A stretch of 64,000 nucleotides of DNA, taken from Nitrospirales bacterium (GTDB lineage: Bacteria > Nitrospirota > Nitrospiria > Nitrospirales > UBA8639). The stretch is taken from positions 2,112,001 to 2,176,000 of the forward strand of contig CBDBCZ010000019.1 in assembly GCA_965203295.1 (NCBI GenBank). Direction: 5' to 3'. The position numbers were made by a program, and so were the translations under genes. The notes beneath the pieces are model-generated. The model made no database searches, was not told the DNA's origin, and worked only from the letters and a program-made list of their open reading frames with translations. Positions 19,500 to 32,130 of this stretch are shown in pieces (positions within the stretch are counted from its first letter, which is position 1; each line of letters starts with the position of its first letter).

Positions 19500-21086
19500 C
19501 TACGATTGCTCAGTTCTCGTATAGGCTGGGAGCACCATTGGGGAGCTAATCTGGTTAAATACACGGTGCTTTGTCGCTTCTTCTTTAAATTTGACGAGAT
19601 GATGAAGCGTCAGGGTACCTTGTTGAACCGAACGGCTTCTGGTCGCAGCCGTCGTTCCTGTTCGTTTACCGTATACCATTAAGTCCAAAAGAGAGTTTCC
19701 CATCAACCGATTTCGTCCATGGAGCCCACCGGAGGTTTCTCCTGCTACAAATAAGTTCTTCACTGGAGTCTCTCCGTTGACATCAATTTTTACACCACCA
19801 TTTTGATAATGAAGGGTGGGATAAATGAGCACAGGATCCTCTCGGATATCGACCCCGTATCGCTCATATTGTCGAAGCATAGCCGGGAAATGTTTTTCTA
19901 CGGTTCCATGGCCATGTTCCGCCTCCAGAAGAGGCGTATCGAGCCACACTCCATCACGACCAGTTGCTGTTCGAACCCCACGACCTTCTTCACATTCACG
20001 AATGATCGAAGAAGAAACAACATCTCGGGTATCAAGTTCATTGACAAAACGTTCACCTTTCGCATTTACCAAATGTCCACCTTCTGACCGTATTCCTTCC
20101 GTGACAAGCTGCCCAACCAATTGTTCTGGATAGACAGCACCAGACGGATGGTACTGAAAGGTATCGATTTGAACCAATGGGGCTCCGATCCGATAGGCTA
20201 AGGCTAGGCCATCCCCAGTGGCTCCATAATGATTGCTCGTTGGGAAGCCCTGAATATGCAGGCGACCTATTCCCCCTGTTGCGAGAATCACGGTCTTAGC
20301 CGCGACGACGATAAATCGCTTATTATCAAGATCCCGTAAAACTGCTCCACTACATGTTCCATTTTCGTCACTGAGAAGCTCAACTGCTGCGGCAAACTCC
20401 AGGAGTGGAATCTGTTGATTCAGAACCTCGTCCTTTAACACACGCATGATCTCAAGCCCAGTGTAATCCGAGCAAGTCAGCAACCGGGGCTTGGAACTGC
20501 CTCCGCCCTTTTTTACATGGAGATTACCGTCAGCATCACGATCAAACAGGACACCCAATTCCAGAAGCCACTTCGCAATGGTGGGCCCCTCATCAACCAT
20601 CACTTTCAGGAGTTGATGATCATTTTTCATATGCCCACCCTTGAGGGTGTCTAAGAAATGTTGAACAGGAGAATCATCAGTGGCCACCGCAACCTGCATA
20701 CCACCTTGGGCCATGACAGAGTTTGAATCAGCGAGACGTAATTTGGTTGCCAAGAGAACCTTGGCGCCCTCACCATGAGCATGAAGAGCTGCAGCGCATC
20801 CTGCTCCTCCCCCACCAACAACTAATACATCCACCGTATGGACAGGCATGAGGTCAAGGTCATCCTGAACAGGACTTTGCCCTTCTAAAACCGATGCCAG
20901 TTCGCGAACGGTGAGATCCCCCGCACTTGGACCAAATTGCAGAAGTCGGTACGCATGGCCTCGATGATCAGGATGGTATTTCTTAATCAGGGTATCGCGT
21001 TCAGCAGGAGAATACTTGGGGAAGGTTTGAGTTTGGCGAGATTCGCGGGTTTGATGGACAATATCCTGGAGAGCCTTCAAATCCAT
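19500..21086 (-). CDS. frdA: Fumarate reductase/succinate dehydrogenase-type flavoprotein subunit
   Basis: GGGGAG FAD site, SVMAQGG, QYHP, TEGIRSEG, HYQNGG and GLHGRNRLMGNSL motifs; rTCA operon context. Confidence 0.8.
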   Translation of the reverse strand: MDLKALQDIVHQTRESRQTQTFPKYSPAERDTLIKKYHPDHRGHAYRLLQFGPSAGDLTVRELASVLEGQSPVQDDLDLMPVHTVDVLVVGGGGAGCAAALHAHGEGAKVLLATKLRLADSNSVMAQGGMQVAVATDDSPVQHFLDTLKGGHMKNDHQLLKVMVDEGPTIAKWLLELGVLFDRDADGNLHVKKGGGSSKPRLLTCSDYTGLEIMRVLKDEVLNQQIPLLEFAAAVELLSDENGTCSGAVLRDLDNKRFIVVAAKTVILATGGIGRLHIQGFPTSNHYGATGDGLALAYRIGAPLVQIDTFQYHPSGAVYPEQLVGQLVTEGIRSEGGHLVNAKGERFVNELDTRDVVSSSIIRECEEGRGVRTATGRDGVWLDTPLLEAEHGHGTVEKHFPAMLRQYERYGVDIREDPVLIYPTLHYQNGGVKIDVNGETPVKNLFVAGETSGGLHGRNRLMGNSLLDLMVYGKRTGTTAATRSRSVQQGTLTLHHLVKFKEEATKHRVFNQISSPMVLPAYTRTEQS

Positions 21087-21104
21087 AGCGAGAGGAGTCC
21101 TCTT

Positions 21105-21824
21105 TTATGTAACCGAAGCCGAGGCTTTTTGAAGTTCTTCGTCATTCATGTTCAAGATTCGTTCCCAATCTTGATCAAAGCAGCCCTGGTCAATTTCCTG
21201 AATGCGTGTCCCGAGCCCTTCAGGTTTCTCAGAATAACGGACACCTTGGGCACGGCTAGCATAGACCGCTACGAGACTGGGCGCAATATCCGCGATGCAG
21301 ACTGGTGCACATAGCCCGCACATCACACAGTTCATGAACGCTTCGGAAACCGCCTTGAAGTCTCCAAACACAGCCCTCCACACTCCTTCACGAACATCAA
21401 TTCCTTGGGGACAGGCTTCAGTACAGGCATTACAGTTACGGCAGAGAGGAGCCTCGGGATATAACTCAAACAACGCCTGTTTCGGATCTTTGAGTTCTTC
21501 AATATTGTAAATCGCTTTCCGAGCCGGAAACTGTGGGACAAAGGAAAAAGACATGCCGTCTTCAACCGCAGTTGAACACGCTAAACAGGTTTTGACCTTA
21601 GGATCGTCTTTGGTGCGGTAATAGGTCCCACATGCACCACAAAAACCACCCAGACAACCAGCACCTCTCGTGACTTCATGCCCCGTATGCCAGAGGGCTT
21701 TTAACAGAGTAATGCCCTCGGGAACTTGGTAGGTTTTTCCAGAAATCTCCACCGTGACTAATTTCGGTTGGAGTTCATCTTCCTGGCGTACTGCCTTTTC
21801 TGTATCAAACGAGTCAGCAGACAT
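21105..21824 (-). CDS. frdB: Fumarate reductase iron-sulfur subunit
   Basis: 2Fe-2S GCLGGFCGAC...C plus two CxxCxxCxxxC 4Fe-4S motifs; adjacent to the flavoprotein. Confidence 0.78.
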   Translation of the reverse strand: MSADSFDTEKAVRQEDELQPKLVTVEISGKTYQVPEGITLLKALWHTGHEVTRGAGCLGGFCGACGTYYRTKDDPKVKTCLACSTAVEDGMSFSFVPQFPARKAIYNIEELKDPKQALFELYPEAPLCRNCNACTEACPQGIDVREGVWRAVFGDFKAVSEAFMNCVMCGLCAPVCIADIAPSLVAVYASRAQGVRYSEKPEGLGTRIQEIDQGCFDQDWERILNMNDEELQKASASVT

Positions 21825-21835
21825 ACGGAAAAGTT

Positions 21836-21864
21836 TGGGCGGCTTCTGGATCAGAAGCCACCCA
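21836..21864 (-). terminator. Hairpin (terminator or processing stem) between aconitase and frdB
   Basis: TGGGCGGCTTCTG-GAT-CAGAAGCCACCCA stem followed on the minus strand by AACTTTT. Confidence 0.5.
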
Positions 21865-21881
21865 TTACCTCGAATTGATGA

Positions 21882-24128
21882 TTAATTTAAAGCATTTAAG
21901 GCTGAACCGGCCTTAAACCACGTCACCTGAGGATCTGTCATACTATGGTTGGCCTGAATCGTTACGTCCTTACCATCCTTCTTATGAATGATGATCTGAA
22001 CTGGTTTGCCAGGAGCTAAGCTACCCAATCCCGTCACACTCACTCGGTCTTCCTGTTCGATCTGATCATAATCGGCAGGATTGGCAAACGTCATGGCCAA
22101 AATCCCCTGCTTTTTGAGATTGGTTTCATGAATCCTGGCAAAACTTTTGGTGATAACAGCTTTCACACCAAGGAACCGTGGAGACATCGCCGCATGTTCT
22201 CGGCTGCTGCCCTCTCCATAATTTTCATCCCCCACAACAAAGGATCCAACGCCTTTCCCCTTATAATCACGAGCAATCTGAGCCAGAGTCAGCTCGGATT
22301 CTCCTGTTAAAACATTATTTCCCTTTCCGGCTTCGCTAGTAAACGCATTATTGGCACCTAAGAACATATTATCGCTAATTTTGTCCAGGTGACCTCGGAA
22401 TTTTAGCCATGGACCAGCGGGAGAAATATGGTCGGTCGTGGTTTTGCCTTTGGTCTTGATGAGTATAGGAAGTTTTTCAAAATCCTTCCCATCCCATTTT
22501 GGAAATGGCTGAAGCAATTGAAGCCGCTCACTCGTTGGGGGCAGGTCGACTTCCAAGCCTTCCCCACTTTCTGCTGGTGGGATAAACCCTTCTTCACCCT
22601 TGGCAAAGCCGTTTGCTGGCAATTCATCGCCTTGAGGTGGATCGAGCTTTATCTCTTTTCCATCTTGGGTTTTAATCGTATCGTTGAGTGGGTCGAATTC
22701 TAAATCTCCGGAAAGCGCATAGGCAGCCACGACTTCTGGACTTGCTAAAAAAGAAAGCGTATCGCTGATTCCATCGTTGCGACCGGGAAAGTTGCGATTG
22801 AACGTACTGACGATAGAATCGGCTTTTCCTTTCATTCCATCTGCCCGCTTCCATTGACCAATGCAAGGGCCACATGCATTCGCTAATACCGTAGCGCCCA
22901 TATCTTCAAATGTCTTCATAAACCCTTCTCGTTTCATCGTGTGGAAAATCCGCTCGGAACCGGGAGAAACGAGAAATGCCGTTTTGGCCTTCAGTCCGGC
23001 CTTCAAGCCCTGTTGAGCGATGTGCGCCGCTCTACCAATATCTTCGTAAGACGAATTGGTGCAGCTTCCCAATAGAGTCGCTTTTAACTCTGTCGGATAT
23101 CCTTTTTCTTTCGCCTCGGCTGCTAATTTCGAAATTGGCCTAGCAAGGTCTGGCGTATGCGGTCCAACCACATGAGGCTCCAACGCCGACAAATCGATCT
23201 CGACAATCTCATCAAAATATTTTTCTGGGGATTGATAGACTTCCGGGTCAGCAACCAACATCCCTTTGTTCGCCTCAGCGAGCTTGGCAATATCTTCACG
23301 TTCCGTGATATTCAGATAGTCGACCATTTTCTGATCGAACGGAAATACCGAGGTGGTCGCACCTAACTCGGCTCCCATATTGGTAATCGTCCCTTTACCA
23401 GTCGCACTGATGGTTGCCGCGCCAGGGCCAAAATATTCAACAATCTTGTTCGTTCCGCCTTTCACCGTGAGTTTCCCGCAGATATAGAGAATCACGTCTT
23501 TGGGTGAGGCCCACCCATTCAATTTCCCTGTCAGTTTGACCCCGATCAGTTTGGGATGCAGGACTTCCCATGGCAAACCAGCCATGACTTCCCCGGCATC
23601 GGCACCCCCAACTCCAATAGCCAACATGCCAAGTCCCCCGCCATTCGGTGTATGTGAATCCGTGCCAATGATCAATCCACCAGGAAACGCATAGTTCTCC
23701 AGCACCACTTGGTGAATAATACCAGCACCAGGCTTCCAAAATCCGATCCCATATTTCTTTGCCGCCGACTCTAAAAAGTTATACACCTCGCGGTTTTCGT
23801 CACAGGCACGGAGAAGGTCTTTTTCCGAACCAATTTCTGCACGAATGAGGTGGTCACAATGAATGGTACTCGGGACCGCAGCTTTCTTCTTGCCAGCCTG
23901 AATAAACTGCAGCATGGCCATCTGAGCTGTGGCATCTTGCATGGCGACACGATCAGGACGAAGAGCCAACATCGCCTTCCCACGTTCCCATACTTGGGTG
24001 TCCAAGTTATCTGCATGAGACACCAGAATTTTTTCAGCGAGGGTGATCCCTCGCCCAAATTTTTTGCGCGCCGTTTCCACGGCCGCAGGCATTTTGGTAT
24101 AGAGTGTTTTTACGAGTTCAATTGACAT
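21882..24128 (-). CDS. acnA: Aconitate hydratase (mitochondrial-type/AcnA family)
   Basis: QDATAQMA, HCDH, TDSHT, GSCTNSSY, CGPCIGQW and YGEGSSREHA motifs. Confidence 0.95.
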   Translation of the reverse strand: MSIELVKTLYTKMPAAVETARKKFGRGITLAEKILVSHADNLDTQVWERGKAMLALRPDRVAMQDATAQMAMLQFIQAGKKKAAVPSTIHCDHLIRAEIGSEKDLLRACDENREVYNFLESAAKKYGIGFWKPGAGIIHQVVLENYAFPGGLIIGTDSHTPNGGGLGMLAIGVGGADAGEVMAGLPWEVLHPKLIGVKLTGKLNGWASPKDVILYICGKLTVKGGTNKIVEYFGPGAATISATGKGTITNMGAELGATTSVFPFDQKMVDYLNITEREDIAKLAEANKGMLVADPEVYQSPEKYFDEIVEIDLSALEPHVVGPHTPDLARPISKLAAEAKEKGYPTELKATLLGSCTNSSYEDIGRAAHIAQQGLKAGLKAKTAFLVSPGSERIFHTMKREGFMKTFEDMGATVLANACGPCIGQWKRADGMKGKADSIVSTFNRNFPGRNDGISDTLSFLASPEVVAAYALSGDLEFDPLNDTIKTQDGKEIKLDPPQGDELPANGFAKGEEGFIPPAESGEGLEVDLPPTSERLQLLQPFPKWDGKDFEKLPILIKTKGKTTTDHISPAGPWLKFRGHLDKISDNMFLGANNAFTSEAGKGNNVLTGESELTLAQIARDYKGKGVGSFVVGDENYGEGSSREHAAMSPRFLGVKAVITKSFARIHETNLKKQGILAMTFANPADYDQIEQEDRVSVTGLGSLAPGKPVQIIIHKKDGKDVTIQANHSMTDPQVTWFKAGSALNALN

Positions 24129-24196
24129 AAGGGTTTCTCCGTATCATTTTAAATCTCGAAATCCAAGCTTTGGAGACGAGACTTTAATATGTTGGG

Positions 24197-26023
24197 TTAT
24201 TTGAGAGGTGGAACTTCACGCCGACTTGGCGATGCATAGTTTACCAAATAGTTAAAGAGCCGAATCAAACGGCTCCCTTGCCGTTTCTGATCTGTCCAAT
24301 GGCCGATCAACCCAATGGTACGGGCTAAAATAAAGAATCCGTTCAGACTATCCACTGGGAATCCAATATCGACCAGTACAGCGGCCATCGTTCCATCTAC
24401 GTTTAAAATCAGGTTGTCTTTTTTGGCAGCAGTGATCTTTTCAACTTCTAAGGCAAAATCTAAATGAGGCGTGGGAATTCCTAGGCTTTTCACGTACCCC
24501 ACCAATTCCTTCACCCGTTTATCTGGGTTTCTCAAGCTTTTCACGCGGTGTCCAATACCAGGAACTGGGCCCACGTTTTTCTTCATGTAGCCTAAGAACT
24601 CGTCGACGGACATTTTATTATCAATGGCATGCTTAAAGTATCGACCGGCATCCGTCACGGCACCACCAAATCGAGGACCAATCATAATAAGACCGGCCGC
24701 CACCGCTTGAGACAAGCCAATTCCCGCGCAAGCCGCAATAACAGTGGTCAAGGCACCGCTGACACATGGACCATGGTCAGCAGAGAGGATGAGAATACGT
24801 CGGATGATCTCCGCCTCATTCTTGGATACCAAGCGACCGTCCCACAATAAGCCAATGACATGCGAAATATCGTATCCTTTGTTGATGAGCTCTGATGCAG
24901 GGTAACCCTGATACAAGGGCTCATCGCCTCGGTCATCACTGATCGTGGACTTGATAAGCGGGGCAACTAAAATATCCCCAGACTTCATACCCTCTTCCAC
25001 CGATTTGGGAAGGGCGGATTTTTCATGTTCACTTAACTCAGGGATGGGTTTGACGACACCCGATTTAAGAAGTTCTTCGTACGTCGCTTTAATCGCAGGC
25101 CCCAATGCGCCAAATGTGTCGGGGACAATGGCACCGGCCTTTGTGAAAGCATCTGCTTTGGCTCGAGCCGACCCTTCGCCTTTTAATCCCTCTTTTGCTC
25201 CAGCGTGACCAAATTTCATGCCCTTGGGCAGACTTTCTTGGCAGAATCCGGACACGACAGCAAGGAGTTTAATCCGCCGTTTCTTTGCTCCATACCATTC
25301 AGCAGCCTGCTCTTCTAAGTCTCCTCCCATTTCGCCCACGATCACCACGACATGGGTATTGGGGTCTTTTTCAAACATTTCCAAATAGGAAACGTAATCC
25401 GTCCCGGGGTATGCGTCTCCGCCGATTCCAATGGCCGTCGTCACTCCATCTGCAAATTGCGAACAGATCCAAATAATTTCATTCGACAAACCACCTGATT
25501 TGGTAATCACACCAAACGAACCAGGTCGATAGAGTTTGCATGCGACTAAATTATCGAACGCCCCTCCGATGACTCCCAAACGGCATTCTCCAGCGGACAT
25601 GACTCCGATAGAGGACGGCCCATTGAAAGTCTTACCAAGGGTACGGGCATGTTTCCCTAAGAGCTTGGCATCTTTTTCCGGCAAACCTTCGGTAATCATA
25701 GACACCGCGTTGATCTTGGCATCATCTAGGGCTTCTTTGGCACTCGCAAACGCCCGGTCAGCTCCAACATAGACGAGACTGGTATTAATTTCCGGATGAT
25801 TGGCTGTGGCCTCGGCTATGGTCTTATAGATGGGAATCATCACCGGTTGGTTCCCACAGACGACTTCATTAGTTTTCCCTGCATCGGGAGGATAGACAAA
25901 CGCCGACACATTCAAGGGCTGCTTGATCATGTATCGAAATTCTCCCATCCGACGGGCAGCATTCACTCCAGCCAGACCGCCCTGGATCACTACATGGGTA
26001 TCTTTAGTCGCTAAAATGCTCAT
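24197..26023 (-). CDS. aclA: ATP citrate lyase alpha subunit
   Basis: SucD-like domain with FGHAGA plus citrate-synthase-like domain (ADHGPCVSGA, GIGHRVKS, NVDG). Confidence 0.95.
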   Translation of the reverse strand: MSILATKDTHVVIQGGLAGVNAARRMGEFRYMIKQPLNVSAFVYPPDAGKTNEVVCGNQPVMIPIYKTIAEATANHPEINTSLVYVGADRAFASAKEALDDAKINAVSMITEGLPEKDAKLLGKHARTLGKTFNGPSSIGVMSAGECRLGVIGGAFDNLVACKLYRPGSFGVITKSGGLSNEIIWICSQFADGVTTAIGIGGDAYPGTDYVSYLEMFEKDPNTHVVVIVGEMGGDLEEQAAEWYGAKKRRIKLLAVVSGFCQESLPKGMKFGHAGAKEGLKGEGSARAKADAFTKAGAIVPDTFGALGPAIKATYEELLKSGVVKPIPELSEHEKSALPKSVEEGMKSGDILVAPLIKSTISDDRGDEPLYQGYPASELINKGYDISHVIGLLWDGRLVSKNEAEIIRRILILSADHGPCVSGALTTVIAACAGIGLSQAVAAGLIMIGPRFGGAVTDAGRYFKHAIDNKMSVDEFLGYMKKNVGPVPGIGHRVKSLRNPDKRVKELVGYVKSLGIPTPHLDFALEVEKITAAKKDNLILNVDGTMAAVLVDIGFPVDSLNGFFILARTIGLIGHWTDQKRQGSRLIRLFNYLVNYASPSRREVPPLK

Positions 26024-26060
26024 CGCACCTTCTCCTCAAGTCCAAATCTAGTTTGAATGA

Positions 26061-27254
26061 TTATTTTGACAGAGCTTTATCCACGATGTCAGTGAGTGGC
26101 AGAGTACGATCGAACACTTCAATATCAAACCCCTCTTCACGAAGCGCTCTCATGGCCGCCAATCCTTGTTTCTCGTTGGGACCGCCTCGCCGCACCCAAA
26201 TCTTCACGCCATTGAGTTTTCCCTCTGCTTTGGCTTTTCGAAATGCTGCGATGATCCCACCAAAAGTCTTTTTGACATCAGTAAAATTCGCAATGGCTCC
26301 TCCCACGATGATGTTTTTGATGCCTGGGAGAGAACACACCTTATCCGTTAACACTTCCACAGCCCAATCCGGTGGATCACCGGAATATTCCGCATAATTG
26401 GCAAGCTTGCCTCCACGAGCGACGACCGCATCGGAGTAGTACACACTGGCTCCACCGCCAGCAGGAAGCATCGCGGTATCTCCACCCGGAATTTCAATAA
26501 GTTTGACGGACCCCTTCACCTTCGCATCAACAGCCATGACTTCTTCTTCGTTCTTGGTATAAGCCCGACCAAACTCAGCCGCAAAGGGAAACGTCCAATC
26601 CGAGTGACGGAATTTGGCATCGCCATCCAGAAGCGTGACCGCATCAAGGGCCATGAGGTCTCCTGCCGCATTTTGAACGACGGGGTTAATCTCTAGATAT
26701 TGAGCATCTTCATTGTCAAAACAGAGGAATAACTTCTTCGCGAACTCTGCCATTTTGCCAGCGACCGCACCTGAAAATCCGGCCTCTTTCACTAAGGCCT
26801 GGAGGTCGGAATCTTTTGGCGACTCTCCGACTTCGACGGAAACTCGCTTGACTCGATCCCAATTGGATTCCACCTCCACTCCTCCACAATTGGCGACCAT
26901 AATATCTGCTCCGTCTCTGGTCGACTTGACCGCCGCATAGTATTCCTCTTTATGATCCACGGCTTCAGAGATAATGACCTGTCGAATCGTTAGAGTATCC
27001 ACAGTTCGGCCAAGAATTTCTTTCACGGCTGCTTTTGCACCCGCTAAATCTAACCCAACCTTCACCAGACCAAGTTTGAATCTTGAACCAAGGGCTTCAT
27101 GAGCTTTGACGACAAGCTTACTCTTCTTGAGCCAATCATTGGCTTGCGCGAGTTGTTCAAACTCCTCTGTCGAATTCACGACTGCATAGTTTGGGGTTTG
27201 TACACCCCACTTCTTCAGTAAACCCATTCCAGGGCCTTCAAGAACCTTTGCCAT
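26061..27254 (-). CDS. aclB: ATP citrate lyase beta subunit
   Basis: ATP-grasp fold; AGGGASVYYSD, NYAEYSGDP, GGAIANFTDV and RRGGPN motifs. Confidence 0.95.
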   Translation of the reverse strand: MAKVLEGPGMGLLKKWGVQTPNYAVVNSTEEFEQLAQANDWLKKSKLVVKAHEALGSRFKLGLVKVGLDLAGAKAAVKEILGRTVDTLTIRQVIISEAVDHKEEYYAAVKSTRDGADIMVANCGGVEVESNWDRVKRVSVEVGESPKDSDLQALVKEAGFSGAVAGKMAEFAKKLFLCFDNEDAQYLEINPVVQNAAGDLMALDAVTLLDGDAKFRHSDWTFPFAAEFGRAYTKNEEEVMAVDAKVKGSVKLIEIPGGDTAMLPAGGGASVYYSDAVVARGGKLANYAEYSGDPPDWAVEVLTDKVCSLPGIKNIIVGGAIANFTDVKKTFGGIIAAFRKAKAEGKLNGVKIWVRRGGPNEKQGLAAMRALREEGFDIEVFDRTLPLTDIVDKALSK

Positions 27255-27310
27255 AACCAAACCTTTGTTTAGGGTGATTTATGTGTGAAGATGAGAACAC
27301 AGAATTTGTG

Positions 27311-27391
27311 ATTTTAATAAGATTTTTTCCGAGTAGCAATCAATCGAAAGGCCCATTGTGAGGAGAGAGACTAAAGACCCAGAAAAGACAA
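27311..27391 (-). promoter_or_regulatory. Conserved upstream element of aclB (copy 1 of a duplicated leader)
   Basis: Near-identical to 31621-31701 upstream of icd. Confidence 0.6.
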
Positions 27392-27890
27392 AAAATCGAT
27401 AGGATATGGCGTTTCTCCTAATAAGGTAGGCAATGAAATATATTTATTTTCAAATAATTACGATTGCCTTAAAAATCAGATTGGGGAATTTGGAATAGAG
27501 CGTGTTTCGGGCGACTTAGAAAAAGGAAAACACCCTCCCACTCAGTCACAATCGAAGGCATCCCATCTTTCACTTTGCCCAAATTCTCTTGAAGTCAGAA
27601 AATAAATCTGTCACCTTTTTGATTCCTCTGCACCCGAAGGCGCCTTTCAGACTGTGCTCGCTAGACGGCCGCAATAGGAATACCACACTGCATCCCATGT
27701 TTGAGGAATGGATGAAGAAAAAATACCTTGCCTGATCTTTCTATTTGCTGGGCAGCTTGAAACGACTCCCGGCACCTTTTCTCTCCTTTTCGGACTTTCC
27801 GGCCCCCTTCCCACCTTCAAGATCGTGTACAATGCCACTAAACTTTGAGACGCTGTATCTAGGAAATTCTTTTGAGTATCAAAATTTTTC

Positions 27891-28878
27891 ATGACCACAC
27901 CGAAACAGCATCACTATTTACCCAAAAGTGCATATCTGAGTTTCTTTGAGATTCCTGCCAAACCGAGATTCATTTATCTCTACCAGCGAGCTAAAGATAT
28001 TGTCCTGGTTAGCACGCATAACGTTGCTAAGGAAAAGCAGTTTTATTCGTTCATGGAAAAAGATGGCACTTATAATACCGCCATCGAGGACAAATTTGCG
28101 AAGATAGAATCGAATACAAAACCCATTTTAGAGAAGTTAAACGAAACAAACGATGATTTTTCAATAACAGGAAAGGAGAAAGGCACACTTTTTACGTTTC
28201 TCAGTTTGTTAAGTGTTAGGACAACAGCCTTTAGACAGCAGTTGAAAGACTTTACAGCGCTCTCCAATCAGATGTTTATGCAGGCTTATGCGCAGCGCCG
28301 TGAGACACTAAAGAATCTCCTTGAACAGGCAAAAAAGAAGGACCCTAGCATTTCCTTGGATGATGTCACTATCGAGGATCTTCAGGAGTTCATTCTTGAT
28401 GATAGTCGGTACAAAATTGTCACATCAGGGGATCACTTCTTAGGTAGGCAACTCGAAGTGCAGCAGAAAATCTTTGACGCAATTTGGACTAAAGGCATTT
28501 CAGTGTTAAAAGTTGACAGTGAGAACTTTATTACCTCTGATCATCCTGTAAGCCTCGTGAAGGAACCTGGGATTCCACAGATGTTTGGCGGGTTTTTATA
28601 TTCAGATAATACTCATCCCAATAGGGAAGAAGGCTTGTCTTGCGTTAACACATGACAAAGACTGGAATCTTATAAAACAGCCAGATCAGACCGTTCAAGT
28701 ATTAGTGAAAAGAGTGAATCGACACCAGAGCAGAGAGATTAACGAACTTACTATTGCGAATGCTGAGAACTACCTATTTGCATGTGAAAAAAATTACAAA
28801 ATAAAAGAGCTTTTTGATAAGATCGCCAAGCCAATTAGATTTCACTTTTCTCATCCCTTTGGACGCCAGACAGGTTGA
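27891..28878 (+). pseudogene. DUF4238-domain protein, frameshifted at about 28605
   Basis: QHHYLP N-terminal and FITSDHPV motifs. Removing one A in GATAATACTC joins the two ORFs (..SDILIPIGKK..). Confidence 0.7.
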
Positions 28879-28942
28879 AGAAAAGCAGAGGAATTGAGGT
28901 CACATATGAAAATGGCTGTCAAGCGCACAGAAGGATACTGTT

Positions 28943-29176
28943 GCGTGCCGAGGTTGCATTCAGCATCTCGGAGAACGAAGCACGCTTTGGGGGCGGCTGA
29001 ACCATAGCGCCGAATCGACTATTGGGCGAGGACTGTCTGAGCGTAGCGAGTTCCGCAGCCATATGATGCGGTGCTATGGTGAAGGAACCCGGAAGGGCCG
29101 CACCCGGGTGGAAATGGTTTTGGGTCCTTTTGCCGAAACAAAAGGACCTCGTCGTGCGGGGGCGAAACCCCGCAAA
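28943..29176. repeat. Highly structured REP/MITE-like intergenic element
   Basis: Nested inverted repeats: ACCATAGCGCCG/CGGTGCTATGGT, GGTCCTTTTG/CAAAAGGACC and GCGGGGGCGAAACCCCGC. Confidence 0.6.
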
Positions 29177-29194
29177 ACAAAAATTGATCACGTC

Positions 29195-29241
29195 AACAAA
29201 TTCGAGCCCTGGCAATGTAAATTGTCAGGGCTCGAATTGTT
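29195..29241. terminator. Long hairpin downstream of icd (probable terminator)
   Basis: AACAAATTCGAGCCCTGGCAAT...ATTGTCAGGGCTCGAATTGTT inverted repeat between convergent genes. Confidence 0.55.
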
Positions 29242-29288
29242 CCTGAAGCTTTTTTAACCGACAACCGCCTTGCAGGCGATCAGGCTGA

Positions 29289-31550
<2,262 letters not shown>

Positions 31551-31620
31551 TTAATGAAAACACTTTTAAAGGAAATAGTTAACAAAGGAAATAGTTAACA
31601 ACAGAATTAATAAACATGAC

Positions 31621-31701
31621 ATTTTATTAGGATTATTTTAGAGTGGCAATAAATCGAAAGGCCCATGAGGAGAAGAGAGACTAAAGACCCAGAAGAGACA
31701 A
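31621..31701 (-). promoter_or_regulatory. Conserved upstream element of icd (copy 2 of a duplicated leader)
   Basis: GAGTGGCAATAAATCGAAAGGCCCAT...GAGAGACTAAAGACCCAGAAGAGACAA matches 27311-27391. Confidence 0.6.
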
Positions 31702-31905
31702 GATATTAGTTTCAATGCCTAGGTCACTCGAATAAATACCAAGAAAAATCATTCAAATTCAATGGCTTGTGAATCCTTCGCGTCACCTTGAATAAAGAGC
31801 AAGAAACCGCATCAAATTGGCAGCTATACTATCATCAGGAAAAAGTCAGTGCTCATACCAGATCCAAATTTGTGAGTCATGTTATGAGGGATCTATCTGT
31901 GACAG

Positions 31906-32121
31906 TTACCCGGCATTGTGATAAATGCAACGCTCACCACTATAGGTTGTAAAGTTTCCTTTGATCGGGTGGGATGCTGGACAGTTTTTCTCGCTTAAGG
32001 GTTCAACACCAGAACGTTCAGGTTGGCTTGTCTTTGAAGGTTGTTCGCTAGGTAGGGCTGTCGAGATTGAGACAATGAACAGCACCAACATGACCTGAGC
32101 AATGTTCTTTGTGATCTTCAC
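31906..32121 (-). pseudogene. Truncated exported protein with a CP..HPIKGN...IYH motif (nuclease-associated C-terminal domain type)
   Basis: Signal peptide, then the motif stops right after IYH. CACAATGCCGGGT looks like a +1 version of YHMPG. Confidence 0.4.
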
Positions 32122-32130
32122 GAATTTCTC

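Noticed and set aside
28919..29257. ORFs 28919-29215 and 29063-29257
   Set aside because: They overlap the structured repeat and terminator; no recognisable domain.
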